From an uncultured Atopobium sp. (lineage in GTDB: Bacteria > Actinomycetota > Coriobacteriia > Coriobacteriales > Atopobiaceae): a DNA stretch of 64,000 nucleotides. The notes beneath the pieces were generated by a model. That model saw only the letters and a program-made list of their open reading frames with translations, was not told the DNA's origin and did no database searches. The DNA lies in contig CABSWT010000003.1 of NCBI GenBank assembly GCA_902481575.1, positions 29,542 through 93,541 of the forward strand. Direction: 5' to 3'. Within the stretch, counting starts at the first letter, position 1. Each line of letters begins with the position of its first letter. Below, piece after piece: positions 8,985 to 18,622 of this stretch. The translations under genes were made by a program, and so were the position numbers.

Positions 8985-9638
8985 ATGGACTGGAGCTTCA
9001 TAGGGGAACACCTCCCACTGTATGCAGAAGCTGCAAAAATAACGCTTACTATCTCTTTCTTTGGAGTTCTCTTCTCGCTTATCGTTGGTTTGATAAGTGC
9101 TCAGATTTCGCTGTCAAAAATTCCTGTTTTGAGCCAGCTCAATGCTCTCTACGTTGAGCTTTCCAGAGGAACACCCCTGCTTATTCAGCTGTTTCTTATC
9201 TACTTTGGTCTGACTAAAGTTGGGCTCAAAATGGACGCAGAGGTAGCTGCTGTTGTGGGCCTAACATTTCTTGGCGGTTCCTATATGGCAGAGGTGCTTC
9301 GCGCAGGTTTTGAATCAGTTGCAGCTATTCAGTTTGAGTCTGCACAGGTTCTGGGTCTCTCCAAGATTCAAGCGCTCCAGCACGTTATTCTTCCACAGGC
9401 ACTTTCTGTAGCAATTCCAGGCCTTGTTGCTAACGTCATTTTCTTGATCAAGGAATCTTCCGTTGTTTCCGGCATTGCCCTTGCAGATTTGATGTACGTA
9501 ACCAAGGACATTATTGGCATGCAGTACGACACTACAGAAGCCCTCTTTATGCTGGTAATTGCCTATTTGATTATCCTTGTTCCTATTTCTTTGCTTGGCA
9601 GCTGGCTAGAGAGGAGGCTTGACTATGCCCGTCGATAA
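8985..9638 (+). CDS. Polar amino acid ABC transporter permease
   Basis: YVELSRGTPLLIQL; EAA-loop-like 'QFESAQVLGLS'; RBS GAGAGGA. Confidence 0.9.
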   Translation: MDWSFIGEHLPLYAEAAKITLTISFFGVLFSLIVGLISAQISLSKIPVLSQLNALYVELSRGTPLLIQLFLIYFGLTKVGLKMDAEVAAVVGLTFLGGSYMAEVLRAGFESVAAIQFESAQVLGLSKIQALQHVILPQALSVAIPGLVANVIFLIKESSVVSGIALADLMYVTKDIIGMQYDTTEALFMLVIAYLIILVPISLLGSWLERRLDYARR

Positions 9639-10302
9639 CATTTTGCTGCAGGAAGGAGTAATAACGCGCCTTCTTGGAGGTCTTGCAACAACGGTGCACA
9701 TTGGCCTTATCTCTGTGGCACTTTCTATTCCTCTTGGTATTCTCGTTGGACTTTTTATGACATCCAACAACAAGGTTGTTCGCGCAATTCTTCGTGTTTA
9801 CCTTGAGATTGTTCGTGTTATGCCTCAGCTGGTGCTGCTCTTTGTGGTGTACTTTGGCACTTCTGAATGGTTCGATGTCAACTTTGATGGTATTGAGGCA
9901 TCAATTGTGGTCTTTACCTTCTGGGGAGCTGCCGAGCTTGGTGACCTGGTAAGAGGAGCGTTGGAGTCAATTCCAGCATCTCAGTATGACGGCGCGTTTG
10001 TACTCGGCCTTTCTCGCCAGCAAACGTTCTTTAAGGTCATCCTACCTCAGGCTTTCAAGCGTCTTTTGCCTCCAGCTATCAACCTGATTACGCGCATGAT
10101 TAAGACAACGTCACTTTGTAATCTGATTGGCGTGGTTGAGCTGCTCAGAGTTGGTAGCCAGATTGCTGATTTTTATCGCTTCAAGTTCCCAACCGACGGA
10201 GCACTTTGGATCTATGGAGCTATTTTCTTCCTGTATTTTGCCGCCTGCTTCCCACTTTCGTATCTTTCACGCAGGCTTGAGAGGAGCGCCTCACATGAGT
10301 AA
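9625..10302 (+). CDS. Polar amino acid ABC transporter permease
   Basis: [12 protein letters not shown]; '[11 protein letters not shown]'; IKTTSL. Confidence 0.9.
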   Translation: MPVDNILLQEGVITRLLGGLATTVHIGLISVALSIPLGILVGLFMTSNNKVVRAILRVYLEIVRVMPQLVLLFVVYFGTSEWFDVNFDGIEASIVVFTFWGAAELGDLVRGALESIPASQYDGAFVLGLSRQQTFFKVILPQAFKRLLPPAINLITRMIKTTSLCNLIGVVELLRVGSQIADFYRFKFPTDGALWIYGAIFFLYFAACFPLSYLSRRLERSASHE

Positions 10303-11050
10303 CACCGTTTTAGCAGTTAAGGACCTCACTAAGGTATATCCTTCAAGCCAGAAACCCGTACTTGATAAGATTTCGCTCTCCATCAATAAAGGCGAGGTAG
10401 TCGTGGTGTTGGGACCTTCCGGTTGCGGTAAGTCTACGCTACTTCGCGCTATTGTTGGCTTGGAAGACATCCAAGGGGGAGAGGTGCTTCTCCACAATCA
10501 GGTAATTTCTGGTCAGAAGAGGGAAAGCGCTGCAACAGGCATTGGAATGGTTTTTCAAAGCTATGATCTGTTCCCCAACATGACGGTTTTGAAAAATGTA
10601 ACTCTGGCTCCTATGGTAGTGCAGAAGCGCTCAGAGGATGAGGTTTTGGCACAGGCAGAAGAACTGCTGCGTCGTGTGGGACTGTGGGAGAAGAAAGACG
10701 CTTATCCATCAGCACTTTCTGGCGGCCAAAAGCAGCGCGTGGCAATTGTTCGTGCTCTTATGACTAACCCTGAAGTTCTTTTGCTGGATGAGATTACCGC
10801 AGCTCTTGATCCCGAGATGGTTCACGAGGTTTTGCAGGTAGTTATGGAACTGGCAGAGCAGGGAATGACCATGCTGGTGGTAACTCACGAGATGCGTTTT
10901 GCTCAAGCAGTTGCTGATAGAGTCATCTTGATTGATCAGGGACACATCGTAGAAGAGTCGTCCGATGCACAAGAGTTTTTCTCGACACCTAAAACAGAAA
11001 GGGCACAAGAGTTTTTGCGCACCTTTGAATTTGAACGTGTACATAAGTAA
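10295..11050 (+). CDS. Polar amino acid ABC transporter ATP-binding protein
   Basis: [27 protein letters not shown]. Confidence 0.92.
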   Translation: MSNTVLAVKDLTKVYPSSQKPVLDKISLSINKGEVVVVLGPSGCGKSTLLRAIVGLEDIQGGEVLLHNQVISGQKRESAATGIGMVFQSYDLFPNMTVLKNVTLAPMVVQKRSEDEVLAQAEELLRRVGLWEKKDAYPSALSGGQKQRVAIVRALMTNPEVLLLDEITAALDPEMVHEVLQVVMELAEQGMTMLVVTHEMRFAQAVADRVILIDQGHIVEESSDAQEFFSTPKTERAQEFLRTFEFERVHK

Positions 11051-11108
11051 ACAACGTGTTTTTGCATGTAGATGATGTAGTAATTGATTCAACTTGTTAG
11101 GATTTAAA

Positions 11109-12005
11109 ATGAACTTCTTTGAAAATACTTCCGCTTCTCTTTCTCGCCGTGCTTTCCTTGGTGCAAGCGCACTTTCTGCTGCAGCTCTTTTGGCTGCTTG
11201 CAAGAAAAAGGATTCCGATGGAGCTCAGGGCGGATCTTCTGATACAGACTCAAAGTTCAGAACTCTTGATGACATCAAGAAGGCAGGCACGGTAAATATT
11301 GGCGTCTTTAGCGACAAGGCTCCTTTTGGTTATGTTGATGCAAACGGCAATTACGCTGGTTACGACATTGTTTTTGCAGAGCGCCTTGCAAAGGATATGG
11401 GTGTTAAGATCAACTACATTGCCACTGACGGACAGAACCGCGTACCTTTCTTGCAGTCCAATAAGGCAGATATCATGCTGGCAAACTTTACGGTAACTGA
11501 TGACCGTAAAGAGAAGGTTGATTTCTCTCTGCCATACATGAAGATTAAGCTGGGCGTTGTTTCTCCATCTTCTGCGCCAATTACAGACGTTTCACAGCTT
11601 GACGGCAAGAAGCTTATTGTTTCTAAGGGAACTACGGCTGAGGTTTGGTTTGCTAAGAACGCACCTAAGGTTGAGCTGGTCAAATTTGATAGTTATGCCG
11701 ATGCGTATAATGCGCTGCTCGACGGCCGCGGCGATGCTTTCTCAACCGATAATACCGAGGTACTTGCATGGATTAAGTCTAACCCTGGCTTTGTTGTTGG
11801 CATCGACGACCTGGGCGACTCTGATACTATTGCTGCTGCAGTTCACAAGGGTAACTCTTCGCTGTTGGAGTTTATCAACAACGAGATTACCGGTCCTCTT
11901 GCAGAGGAGAACTTCTTCCACAAGGCTTATGAAGAGACACTTGCTCCAATTTACGGCGACGAGGTAGATCCAAACAACATTGTCGTCGAGGGTGGCAAAA
12001 TCTAA
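11109..12005 (+). CDS. Cysteine ABC transporter substrate-binding lipoprotein (CjaA-like)
   Basis: SRRAFLG plus LAAC lipobox; 'IGVFSDKAPFGYVD', 'ANFTVT', 'FSLPYMK' typical of CjaA-type cysteine-binding proteins. Confidence 0.8.
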   Translation: MNFFENTSASLSRRAFLGASALSAAALLAACKKKDSDGAQGGSSDTDSKFRTLDDIKKAGTVNIGVFSDKAPFGYVDANGNYAGYDIVFAERLAKDMGVKINYIATDGQNRVPFLQSNKADIMLANFTVTDDRKEKVDFSLPYMKIKLGVVSPSSAPITDVSQLDGKKLIVSKGTTAEVWFAKNAPKVELVKFDSYADAYNALLDGRGDAFSTDNTEVLAWIKSNPGFVVGIDDLGDSDTIAAAVHKGNSSLLEFINNEITGPLAEENFFHKAYEETLAPIYGDEVDPNNIVVEGGKI

Positions 12006-12062
12006 GCTCTAGCTCTCAGCTTTACGCGCCGCGTCGTCCTCAACACTCAAATACGCCCATTT

Positions 12063-12099
12063 CGCGAGAAGACCTTGCAGTTTGTAAGGTCTTCTCGCG
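12063..12099. repeat. Inverted pair of the GCGAGAAGACCTT motif (stem-loop, probable terminator)
   Basis: CGCGAGAAGACCTTGCA-GTT-TGTAAGGTCTTCTCGCG. Confidence 0.75.
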
Positions 12100-12203
12100 T
12101 TTGTAGCCAAATTGTTAATTTGTACAGTACTTTTTAAAAATGATTCTTTGTGCTGATAAAGTAGGTCAACTATTTTTTGACCACCAGGGCAAAGGAGCTG
12201 ATA

Positions 12204-13199
12204 ATGGCAGCTGAACAGCAAAAAGCAACTCGTAAAATTGGTGTCCCCAGGTTTCCTGGCGATATTATGCTGTATCCGCTTTCTGTAGGTCTACTTCTTC
12301 ACTCATTTGTTCCTCAGGTTCTAGAAATTGGTAGCTTCACCACTGCTGTTGCTAAGGGAGCTCCTGCAATTGTTGGCATTGTTTTGCTGTTTGTGGGTGC
12401 TTCTATTGATCTTAAGACGGTTCCCAAGGTTTTGAAGACTGGCCTGACCATTCTTATTCCTAAGCTTGCCATTGCTATTGCCTTTGGTTTGTTTGTTGCT
12501 AAGTTCATGAACGATAATTTCTTTGGTCTTAATGCACTTTCTATCATTGGTGGCATTACCTTCTGTAACGTTGCTTTGTACATTGGTATTACTGCTGAGT
12601 ACGGGACTCCTGATGAGCAAGGCGCGGCTGCAGTTTTGTCTCTTGTTGCGGGTCCTGCGGTTACCATGATTGCCCTAGGTGCAGCAGGTGTTGCGGCAAT
12701 TTCTCCTACCGCACTTGCGGGTACCCTTCTTCCTCTAGTCCTTGGTGTTGTTCTTGGTAATCTCAGTCCTTTTATCAGGGGGCTTTTGGTTCCTGGTATT
12801 AACCCCTGTATTGCTGTTGTTGGCTTTGCTCTTGGTTGCGGCATGAGTGTTGAGAATCTTATTACTGGTGGTCCATCAGGCATTCTCTTAGCAGTACTTT
12901 GCATCATCACGGGTATTCTTACCATGCTTGTTGAGCGTCTTCTTGGCGGCTCTGGTAAGGCAAGTCTTGCTAGTGCAACTATTGCAGGTACCGCAACAAC
13001 CACTCCTGCTGCAGTTGCTTCTGTTGATCCAACGTATACGGCTCAGGTTGTTGCAAACGCAAATGCTCAGCTTGCTGCCGCGGTAGTTATTACTGCACTG
13101 GTAGCTCCAGCATTTACGGGGTGGCTTGATAAGAAGCTTGCAAAGAAAAATGATGCCAGTGCGGTACAGACTTCAGAAGAAGTAGCTGCTACTGAGTAA
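12204..13199 (+). CDS. kdgT: 2-keto-3-deoxygluconate permease
   Basis: 'PGDIMLYPL', 'IGSFTT', 'EYGTPDEQGA', 'GPAVTMIALG' KdgT-family pattern; about 10 TM segments. Confidence 0.75.
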   Translation: MAAEQQKATRKIGVPRFPGDIMLYPLSVGLLLHSFVPQVLEIGSFTTAVAKGAPAIVGIVLLFVGASIDLKTVPKVLKTGLTILIPKLAIAIAFGLFVAKFMNDNFFGLNALSIIGGITFCNVALYIGITAEYGTPDEQGAAAVLSLVAGPAVTMIALGAAGVAAISPTALAGTLLPLVLGVVLGNLSPFIRGLLVPGINPCIAVVGFALGCGMSVENLITGGPSGILLAVLCIITGILTMLVERLLGGSGKASLASATIAGTATTTPAAVASVDPTYTAQVVANANAQLAAAVVITALVAPAFTGWLDKKLAKKNDASAVQTSEEVAATE

Positions 13200-13226
13200 T
13201 TAAGTAAGCCTTATATAATGCATATG

Positions 13227-13262
13227 AAAAACCCTCTTCTGTGCAGGCAGAAGAGGGTTTTT
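13227..13262. terminator. Bidirectional intrinsic terminator
   Basis: AAAAACCCTCTTCTG...CAGAAGAGGGTTTTT between convergent genes. Confidence 0.85.
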
Positions 13263-13264
13263 AG

Positions 13265-13546
13265 TTACATAAAATAAATAACATGACTAATCTCAAATAC
13301 GAGAACAAAGGCAAGAAAAACTAAAAGTGAAATCTTTGAGCGTTTTTTAAGCTCACTTCTAAAAATGAGATAGCAATTAACAATCTCGAGCAGAATTGAT
13401 ACTAGAAAAAACAGTAATGGCGGAATAATTCCCTGTTTCCACAGTAGTCGCGCGCCCTGATAGACAAGAAAACTAATAAGCAATACCGTGCGAAATGTTT
13501 TTCTAGAAATCGGTTCTGAAAAATTAAATATCTTCTCGCCAAACAT
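13265..13546 (-). CDS. Small hypothetical membrane protein (3 TM), AT-rich
   Basis: RBS GGAGG; hydrophobic 93 aa; ends at the terminator. Confidence 0.6.
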   Translation of the reverse strand: MFGEKIFNFSEPISRKTFRTVLLISFLVYQGARLLWKQGIIPPLLFFLVSILLEIVNCYLIFRSELKKRSKISLLVFLAFVLVFEISHVIYFM

Positions 13547-13663
13547 ATCTGTTGCCTCCCTATGGACAACAAGAGCAGTTTATTTGTTGCTAAAGATTGT
13601 AATACTGTCTATTAACTTCGTAGTATATAACTATAGTAATTTAACTTGTGATTGGAGGTGCCT

Positions 13664-14752
13664 ATGGAAGTGGGAGAGTGGAGCATTAGTTCTCCAGCAT
13701 CTAAGTTTTTACTTGGTGCGCCGTGGTCTGAAAAGCTTGCTCACGGATGGGTTCATCCGCTGCGTTTCTCTTCCAATCAACTTAGAGTCATTGGCTCCTG
13801 CTCTTCTTGGCACCCCGGTCTTTTTAAACAGATGGCAACGTGCACTTCAGATATTCAAGTTGCTTTTACCACGGACAGCTCAGAAGTGGTTCTTGATCTA
13901 AAAATTGATGAACTTCCTAAGGGATCCTCGTCTGTTTTACAGCTACTTAAAGCCACGTATTTTAAAAAGCTCAGCTCTGTATTTGTGACAGTTGATGGCA
14001 AACCTTACAAGAACTTCTCGCTGGATGATGCGGGTGAACATACACTTTCTATTCATCTAGAAACAGAAACCTCTGAAGATGACCTTGCTAGACTTCCAGG
14101 TTTTAATGACACGCATCACGTGAGTGTTTATTTGCCTTGTTTGCAGAGTGCTTCCGTTAAAAACCTTCGTGGCAGTGGCACGTTTTTCTCGCCCGATGAG
14201 CCTAAGAAAAAACTGGTGGTGTTTGGCGATTCCATTGTGCAGGGTTTTGTTGTGGAGCGCCCAGACAAAACTTGGCCACGCTGTCTTGCTAAACGAATGA
14301 AGCTTGAGGTGGTTAACCAGGGAATTGGTGGACAAGTTTATCAGCCTGGCTCGTATACGTTTATTGAGGATGCTTCTTTAGTTATTGTTGCGCTTGGAGC
14401 AAATTATCGATACGAAAAATGCTCAAAGTCGCAGGTAACGTACGATATTCAAAATTCGCTCTGGCAGATTTCTCAGATGTATGCAGATACGCGCGTGGTG
14501 GTTCTGACACCTACGCCTTATTTTGACGAAGCGTATCCCACACACCCTTATTCTTGTTATGCTGAGGTTCCTCAAATTATTGAAGAGGTTGCCGGTAAGT
14601 TTGGTTTGCAGTGTATTTCTGGAGAAAAACTGTTACCTCAGGAGAAAAAATATTTTGCCGATGATGTGCATCCAAATTCTAAGGGAGCTGCACTTTTGGC
14701 AAAAAACCTGCTTGAGGCCTTAAAACAACCACCTCAGGATAGTCTTTTTTAG
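13664..14752 (+). CDS. SGNH/GDSL hydrolase family protein
   Basis: FGDSI, NQGIGG, LGAN, DDVHPN blocks; GGAGG RBS. Confidence 0.85.
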   Translation: MEVGEWSISSPASKFLLGAPWSEKLAHGWVHPLRFSSNQLRVIGSCSSWHPGLFKQMATCTSDIQVAFTTDSSEVVLDLKIDELPKGSSSVLQLLKATYFKKLSSVFVTVDGKPYKNFSLDDAGEHTLSIHLETETSEDDLARLPGFNDTHHVSVYLPCLQSASVKNLRGSGTFFSPDEPKKKLVVFGDSIVQGFVVERPDKTWPRCLAKRMKLEVVNQGIGGQVYQPGSYTFIEDASLVIVALGANYRYEKCSKSQVTYDIQNSLWQISQMYADTRVVVLTPTPYFDEAYPTHPYSCYAEVPQIIEEVAGKFGLQCISGEKLLPQEKKYFADDVHPNSKGAALLAKNLLEALKQPPQDSLF

Positions 14753-14850
14753 ACGTCAAGCCTTCCTAGAAGCTCTCTCAAAATTCAACACGAGTTTTTG
14801 TCCGGTGAAACTTCTACACTAGAGGTGAAAAACATCTAGAGAGGATACAC

Positions 14851-16092
14851 ATGAACATCACTAATCCTTTTGCACCTCATATGACCGGACAACTTTCAGA
14901 AGAAACTCAGGCCCTTGTGGCTGAGCAAATAGCCAAGGGAACCTTAAGTCCTTACGCGTGCAAAAATGAAGACATCATTCGCCGAGATTCCACCCATGAT
15001 CAGGCATCGCTTTTACGTCCGGCTTTCATGCGAGATGTCGAGAAAATCATGCACACTCCCGCGTATAACAGACTAAACGGCAAAACACAGGTCTTCTCGT
15101 TCCGCGCGCATGATGACATTACGCGTCGCGGCCTTCATGAACAGCTTGTTTGTAGAGTTGCCAAAGATATTGGACGTGCCCTTGGCCTCAACCTTGATTT
15201 GATCGAAGCAATAGCTTTTGGTCATGACGTAGGACATACTCCTTTTGGTCATGCAGGGGAGTATTTCCTCAATGATATTTATCACGAGCAAACAGGGCGT
15301 TGGTTTTTCCACAACGTGCAAAGTGTGCGCGTACTTGATGGTCTTTATGCAAGAAACCTTTCTTTACAGACGCTTGACGGGGTAATTTGCCACAACGGTG
15401 AGTTTGAACAGCAGATACTTCAAATGAGTGATCTTTCAACTTTTGATGAGTTTGACAAGGTTGTAGAAGATTGTTGGGAGAGAGGTCCTCAGGCTATTGC
15501 TCACCTGCGTCCTATGACGCTCGAAGGGTGCGTTATGCGCATCTCGGACATTATTGCGTATGTTGGAAAAGACAGACAGGATGCGCTTCGTGCAGGTGCT
15601 GCAACAGAAGAAACATTTGACGATGGTCTTGGTGGTGCTTATAACGCATGGGCTACTTCTGCTTTTGTTGCAGATATTGTTCAGAACAGTTTTGGCAAGC
15701 CTCAGATTTCTCTTTCAGAAGAAGCATTTAAAGAGATGAAGCGAGCAAAGCGCGAGAATTACCAGAAGATCTATGGTGCATCAGAAGCCAATGGTGATTT
15801 CTCTGAGGACATTAAGCGCCTGTTTGAGAAATTGTATGAGTACGAATTATCTTCGCTTAAATCTGGCGATCAGAGCCTTGCAATCTTTAAGCATCATATT
15901 GAGCCGGTGAGTAGGCACCTTTCTAGGTATGGCCATACCTATGACTGGAAGAGTGACGTGCATCGTACTGTTGTTGATTTTATTTCCGCAATGACCGATG
16001 ACTACTTTGTGGCTACCTGTGAAGCACTTTTCCCAGAAGCTCAGGAGCTCTTCCCAAAGAGAAGCTACTTTGCAGAAGGGGTACGCGCGTAA
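14851..16092 (+). CDS. dgt: HD-domain dGTP triphosphohydrolase-like protein
   Basis: RLNGKTQVF, HDVGHTPFGHAGE, HNVQS, DFISAMTD. Confidence 0.8.
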   Translation: MNITNPFAPHMTGQLSEETQALVAEQIAKGTLSPYACKNEDIIRRDSTHDQASLLRPAFMRDVEKIMHTPAYNRLNGKTQVFSFRAHDDITRRGLHEQLVCRVAKDIGRALGLNLDLIEAIAFGHDVGHTPFGHAGEYFLNDIYHEQTGRWFFHNVQSVRVLDGLYARNLSLQTLDGVICHNGEFEQQILQMSDLSTFDEFDKVVEDCWERGPQAIAHLRPMTLEGCVMRISDIIAYVGKDRQDALRAGAATEETFDDGLGGAYNAWATSAFVADIVQNSFGKPQISLSEEAFKEMKRAKRENYQKIYGASEANGDFSEDIKRLFEKLYEYELSSLKSGDQSLAIFKHHIEPVSRHLSRYGHTYDWKSDVHRTVVDFISAMTDDYFVATCEALFPEAQELFPKRSYFAEGVRA

Positions 16093-16197
16093 GGTTTACC
16101 ACTCAGTCACGGTGTGGCAAACGGGCACGTAAAGAGCATTTGTGTTGAGCGGGCTTCTCGCCAAGCTTTTATGTTTGAGACGGGGTAAAATAGCTGC

Positions 16198-17529
16198 ATG
16201 GATACTTTATTTTCTGGCATGGAACGTGCCGCTAAAAAAGCCAATGCACCACTTGCTGCTCGCATGCGTCCTACCACGCTTGATGGATACGTGGGTCAGG
16301 AAGATGCGGTTGGTCAGGGCTCCTGGCTGCGTAAAGCTATTGAGCACGATACACTCTCGTCCGTCCTGCTGTATGGTCCAGCTGGCACTGGTAAGACCAC
16401 GCTTGCACGCATCATCGCTCATACAACGCACGCAGAATTTGTAGAAGTATCTGCAATTACGGGTACCGTTAAAGATCTTCGTAGAGAGATTGAGGCCGCA
16501 GAATCAAGGCTTTTAACAGCAGGCAGAAGAACTATTTTGTTCATTGATGAGATTCATCGTTTTACACGCTCTCAGCAAGATGCCTTGCTTCATGCAGTAG
16601 AAGACAGAATAGTTGTACTTATTGGCGCTACTACAGAAAATCCTTACTTTGAGGTTAACAGCGCTCTGATTTCTCGCTCTCGTGTAGTGGAGCTGCATGC
16701 ATTGTCAGATGAGGCAATCGATGAGCTCATTCAGCGAGCACTTGAGTCAGAAGATGGCCTAGCAGGCGCATTTGTTTTGAATGAAGATGCTCGTAAAGAG
16801 ATTGTGACGCTTGCAGGCGGAGATGGCCGCGCAGCCCTAACTTCTCTTGAGCTTGCTTCTCAGATGGTTGACGTTCCAGAATCTGCTGACGGCAAAGCAT
16901 CTGAGCCGCTTGTTATTACCAAGCAAAACGTTCTTGAGGCAAATCCTCGTCGCGGGCTTCCCTACGATAAAGCAGGAGATATGCACTATGACATTATCTC
17001 TGCGTTTATTAAGTCCATGCGTGGCTCAGACCCAGATGCCGCACTCTATTGGCTTGCGCGCATGATTGATGCAGGTGAGGACCCTAAATTTATTGCTCGA
17101 CGCATTATGATTTTGGCCTCAGAGGATATTGGCAATGCCGATCCTCAGGCGCTGCTCATTGCACATGCAGCATTTAGGTCAGCTGAGGTCATTGGATATC
17201 CTGAGTGCAGAATTAACCTTGCGCAAGCAGTTATTTATATGGCACTAGCACCAAAATCTAATGCTGCAGAAGCAGGTATTGATGCCGCTCTCCATGAGGT
17301 TAGAACAGGTCCAAGGCGAGAAGTTCCAAGTTACTTAAGAGACCGTACGCGTCCTGGTTCTGAAGAGTATGGCAATTACCTCTATCCTCACAATTATCCT
17401 GGGGGATGGATTGAACAGCGTTATCTTCCAGAAGGACTTGAACGTGGTGCGTTTTTCTCGCCATCTCCAAGAGGTTGGGAAGCGTGGAGAATTGCAGCTA
17501 CAGAGCGTGATCGTCACGAGGAAGCTTAG
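16198..17529 (+). CDS. rarA: Replication-associated recombination protein A
   Basis: PLAARMRP, GPAGTGKTT, DEIHRF, GATTENP, ISAFIKSMRGSD. Confidence 0.93.
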   Translation: MDTLFSGMERAAKKANAPLAARMRPTTLDGYVGQEDAVGQGSWLRKAIEHDTLSSVLLYGPAGTGKTTLARIIAHTTHAEFVEVSAITGTVKDLRREIEAAESRLLTAGRRTILFIDEIHRFTRSQQDALLHAVEDRIVVLIGATTENPYFEVNSALISRSRVVELHALSDEAIDELIQRALESEDGLAGAFVLNEDARKEIVTLAGGDGRAALTSLELASQMVDVPESADGKASEPLVITKQNVLEANPRRGLPYDKAGDMHYDIISAFIKSMRGSDPDAALYWLARMIDAGEDPKFIARRIMILASEDIGNADPQALLIAHAAFRSAEVIGYPECRINLAQAVIYMALAPKSNAAEAGIDAALHEVRTGPRREVPSYLRDRTRPGSEEYGNYLYPHNYPGGWIEQRYLPEGLERGAFFSPSPRGWEAWRIAATERDRHEEA

Positions 17530-17620
17530 GATTTTGAATTACCTAAGTGGGAGCATCAAGAGGACGCTCCTCGGGTAGAATAGAAAGAACTGTAACCGTT
17601 AGCTTTGAGGGATGGCATAG

Positions 17621-18232
17621 ATGGATTACCTACAGATTGCCCTTGTAGTCTTAGCCGTAGTTGGTGTTTGGGCCATTGTCGAGGTCGCTCTGACCCTAAG
17701 AACAACAAGAAGGTCAATTACTGAGATTACACTCTCAGCTAACAACACTATTGAGCAGATTCAACCTGTTATTTCAAAGATTGATGGCATGGTTGATGAG
17801 CTTGATCCAACCATTAAGCAGCTACCTGCACTCATGCAGAAGGTTGATGAGGCTGCAGAGAACGCTAATACCTCTCTTGAGAGCCTCAACGTAGTTCTTG
17901 GTGATGTGGCAACCGTTTCTGGTGCAGCATCAGCCGTAACTGCAACTGTCAGCAAGGCTGCAAGCGATGCGGTAACAGGCGTTGTTGAGTCTGTTTCAAA
18001 GCTAGGAACTGGTCTTGGCGGATCTTTGAATCCCTCTAAGCTTGCTGAGGTAGCTCAGGCTCGCCTGAGCGGTGCGACTGCTTCCGCACAGCAGAGTGCG
18101 CAGCGCGCTCAGGAGTATCTTGAGGAGCTTCCTTTACTTTCTCAGGACAAGACAAAGCATTCTAAACCAGCTCGCACTGAGCAGTTCTATATTGAGTACG
18201 GTTCTGAGTCTTCTCAGAAGACTGAGGAGTAG
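17621..18232 (+). CDS. DUF948-like membrane-anchored coiled-coil protein
   Basis: N-terminal TM followed by heptad helical region. Confidence 0.55.
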   Translation: MDYLQIALVVLAVVGVWAIVEVALTLRTTRRSITEITLSANNTIEQIQPVISKIDGMVDELDPTIKQLPALMQKVDEAAENANTSLESLNVVLGDVATVSGAASAVTATVSKAASDAVTGVVESVSKLGTGLGGSLNPSKLAEVAQARLSGATASAQQSAQRAQEYLEELPLLSQDKTKHSKPARTEQFYIEYGSESSQKTEE

Positions 18233-18238
18233 ATTGTA

Positions 18239-18622
18239 ATGGCACAAAAAATTGTTGAGCTTTCCGCTCCAGCAGATCCAACATTTGCTCGTTCAGTCAG
18301 AATGATGGCTGCTAATCTTGCTGTTTTGTGCAAGATGAACGTTGATGAGCTTGAAGATGTCAAAATGGCCGCAGAAGAGGGCTTTGTCTTTGCTTGCGGC
18401 ACTCAAAAAGACTCTGTAGATATTACGTTTACCCTCGAAGACAATACTATGGCTATTGATTTTTACTTGGGTGATGAGGATCCAGTTGAGTCTGAGACAG
18501 ATAATTCTCAGCCACTAGAACTTGTAGAGCTATTGCTCTCCGCTATTTGTGATGAGTTTGCGCTTAGCGATGACGGTTATACGCTTCATCTTGTAAAAAT
18601 TTCTGGCGGTGCACATGCCTAA
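18239..18622 (+). CDS. RsbW-like anti-sigma factor (degenerate HATPase_c)
   Basis: 'ELSAPADPTFARSVR...DELEDVKMAAEE...LLSAICDEF' RsbW pattern; overlaps the sigma gene start. Confidence 0.7.
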   Translation: MAQKIVELSAPADPTFARSVRMMAANLAVLCKMNVDELEDVKMAAEEGFVFACGTQKDSVDITFTLEDNTMAIDFYLGDEDPVESETDNSQPLELVELLLSAICDEFALSDDGYTLHLVKISGGAHA

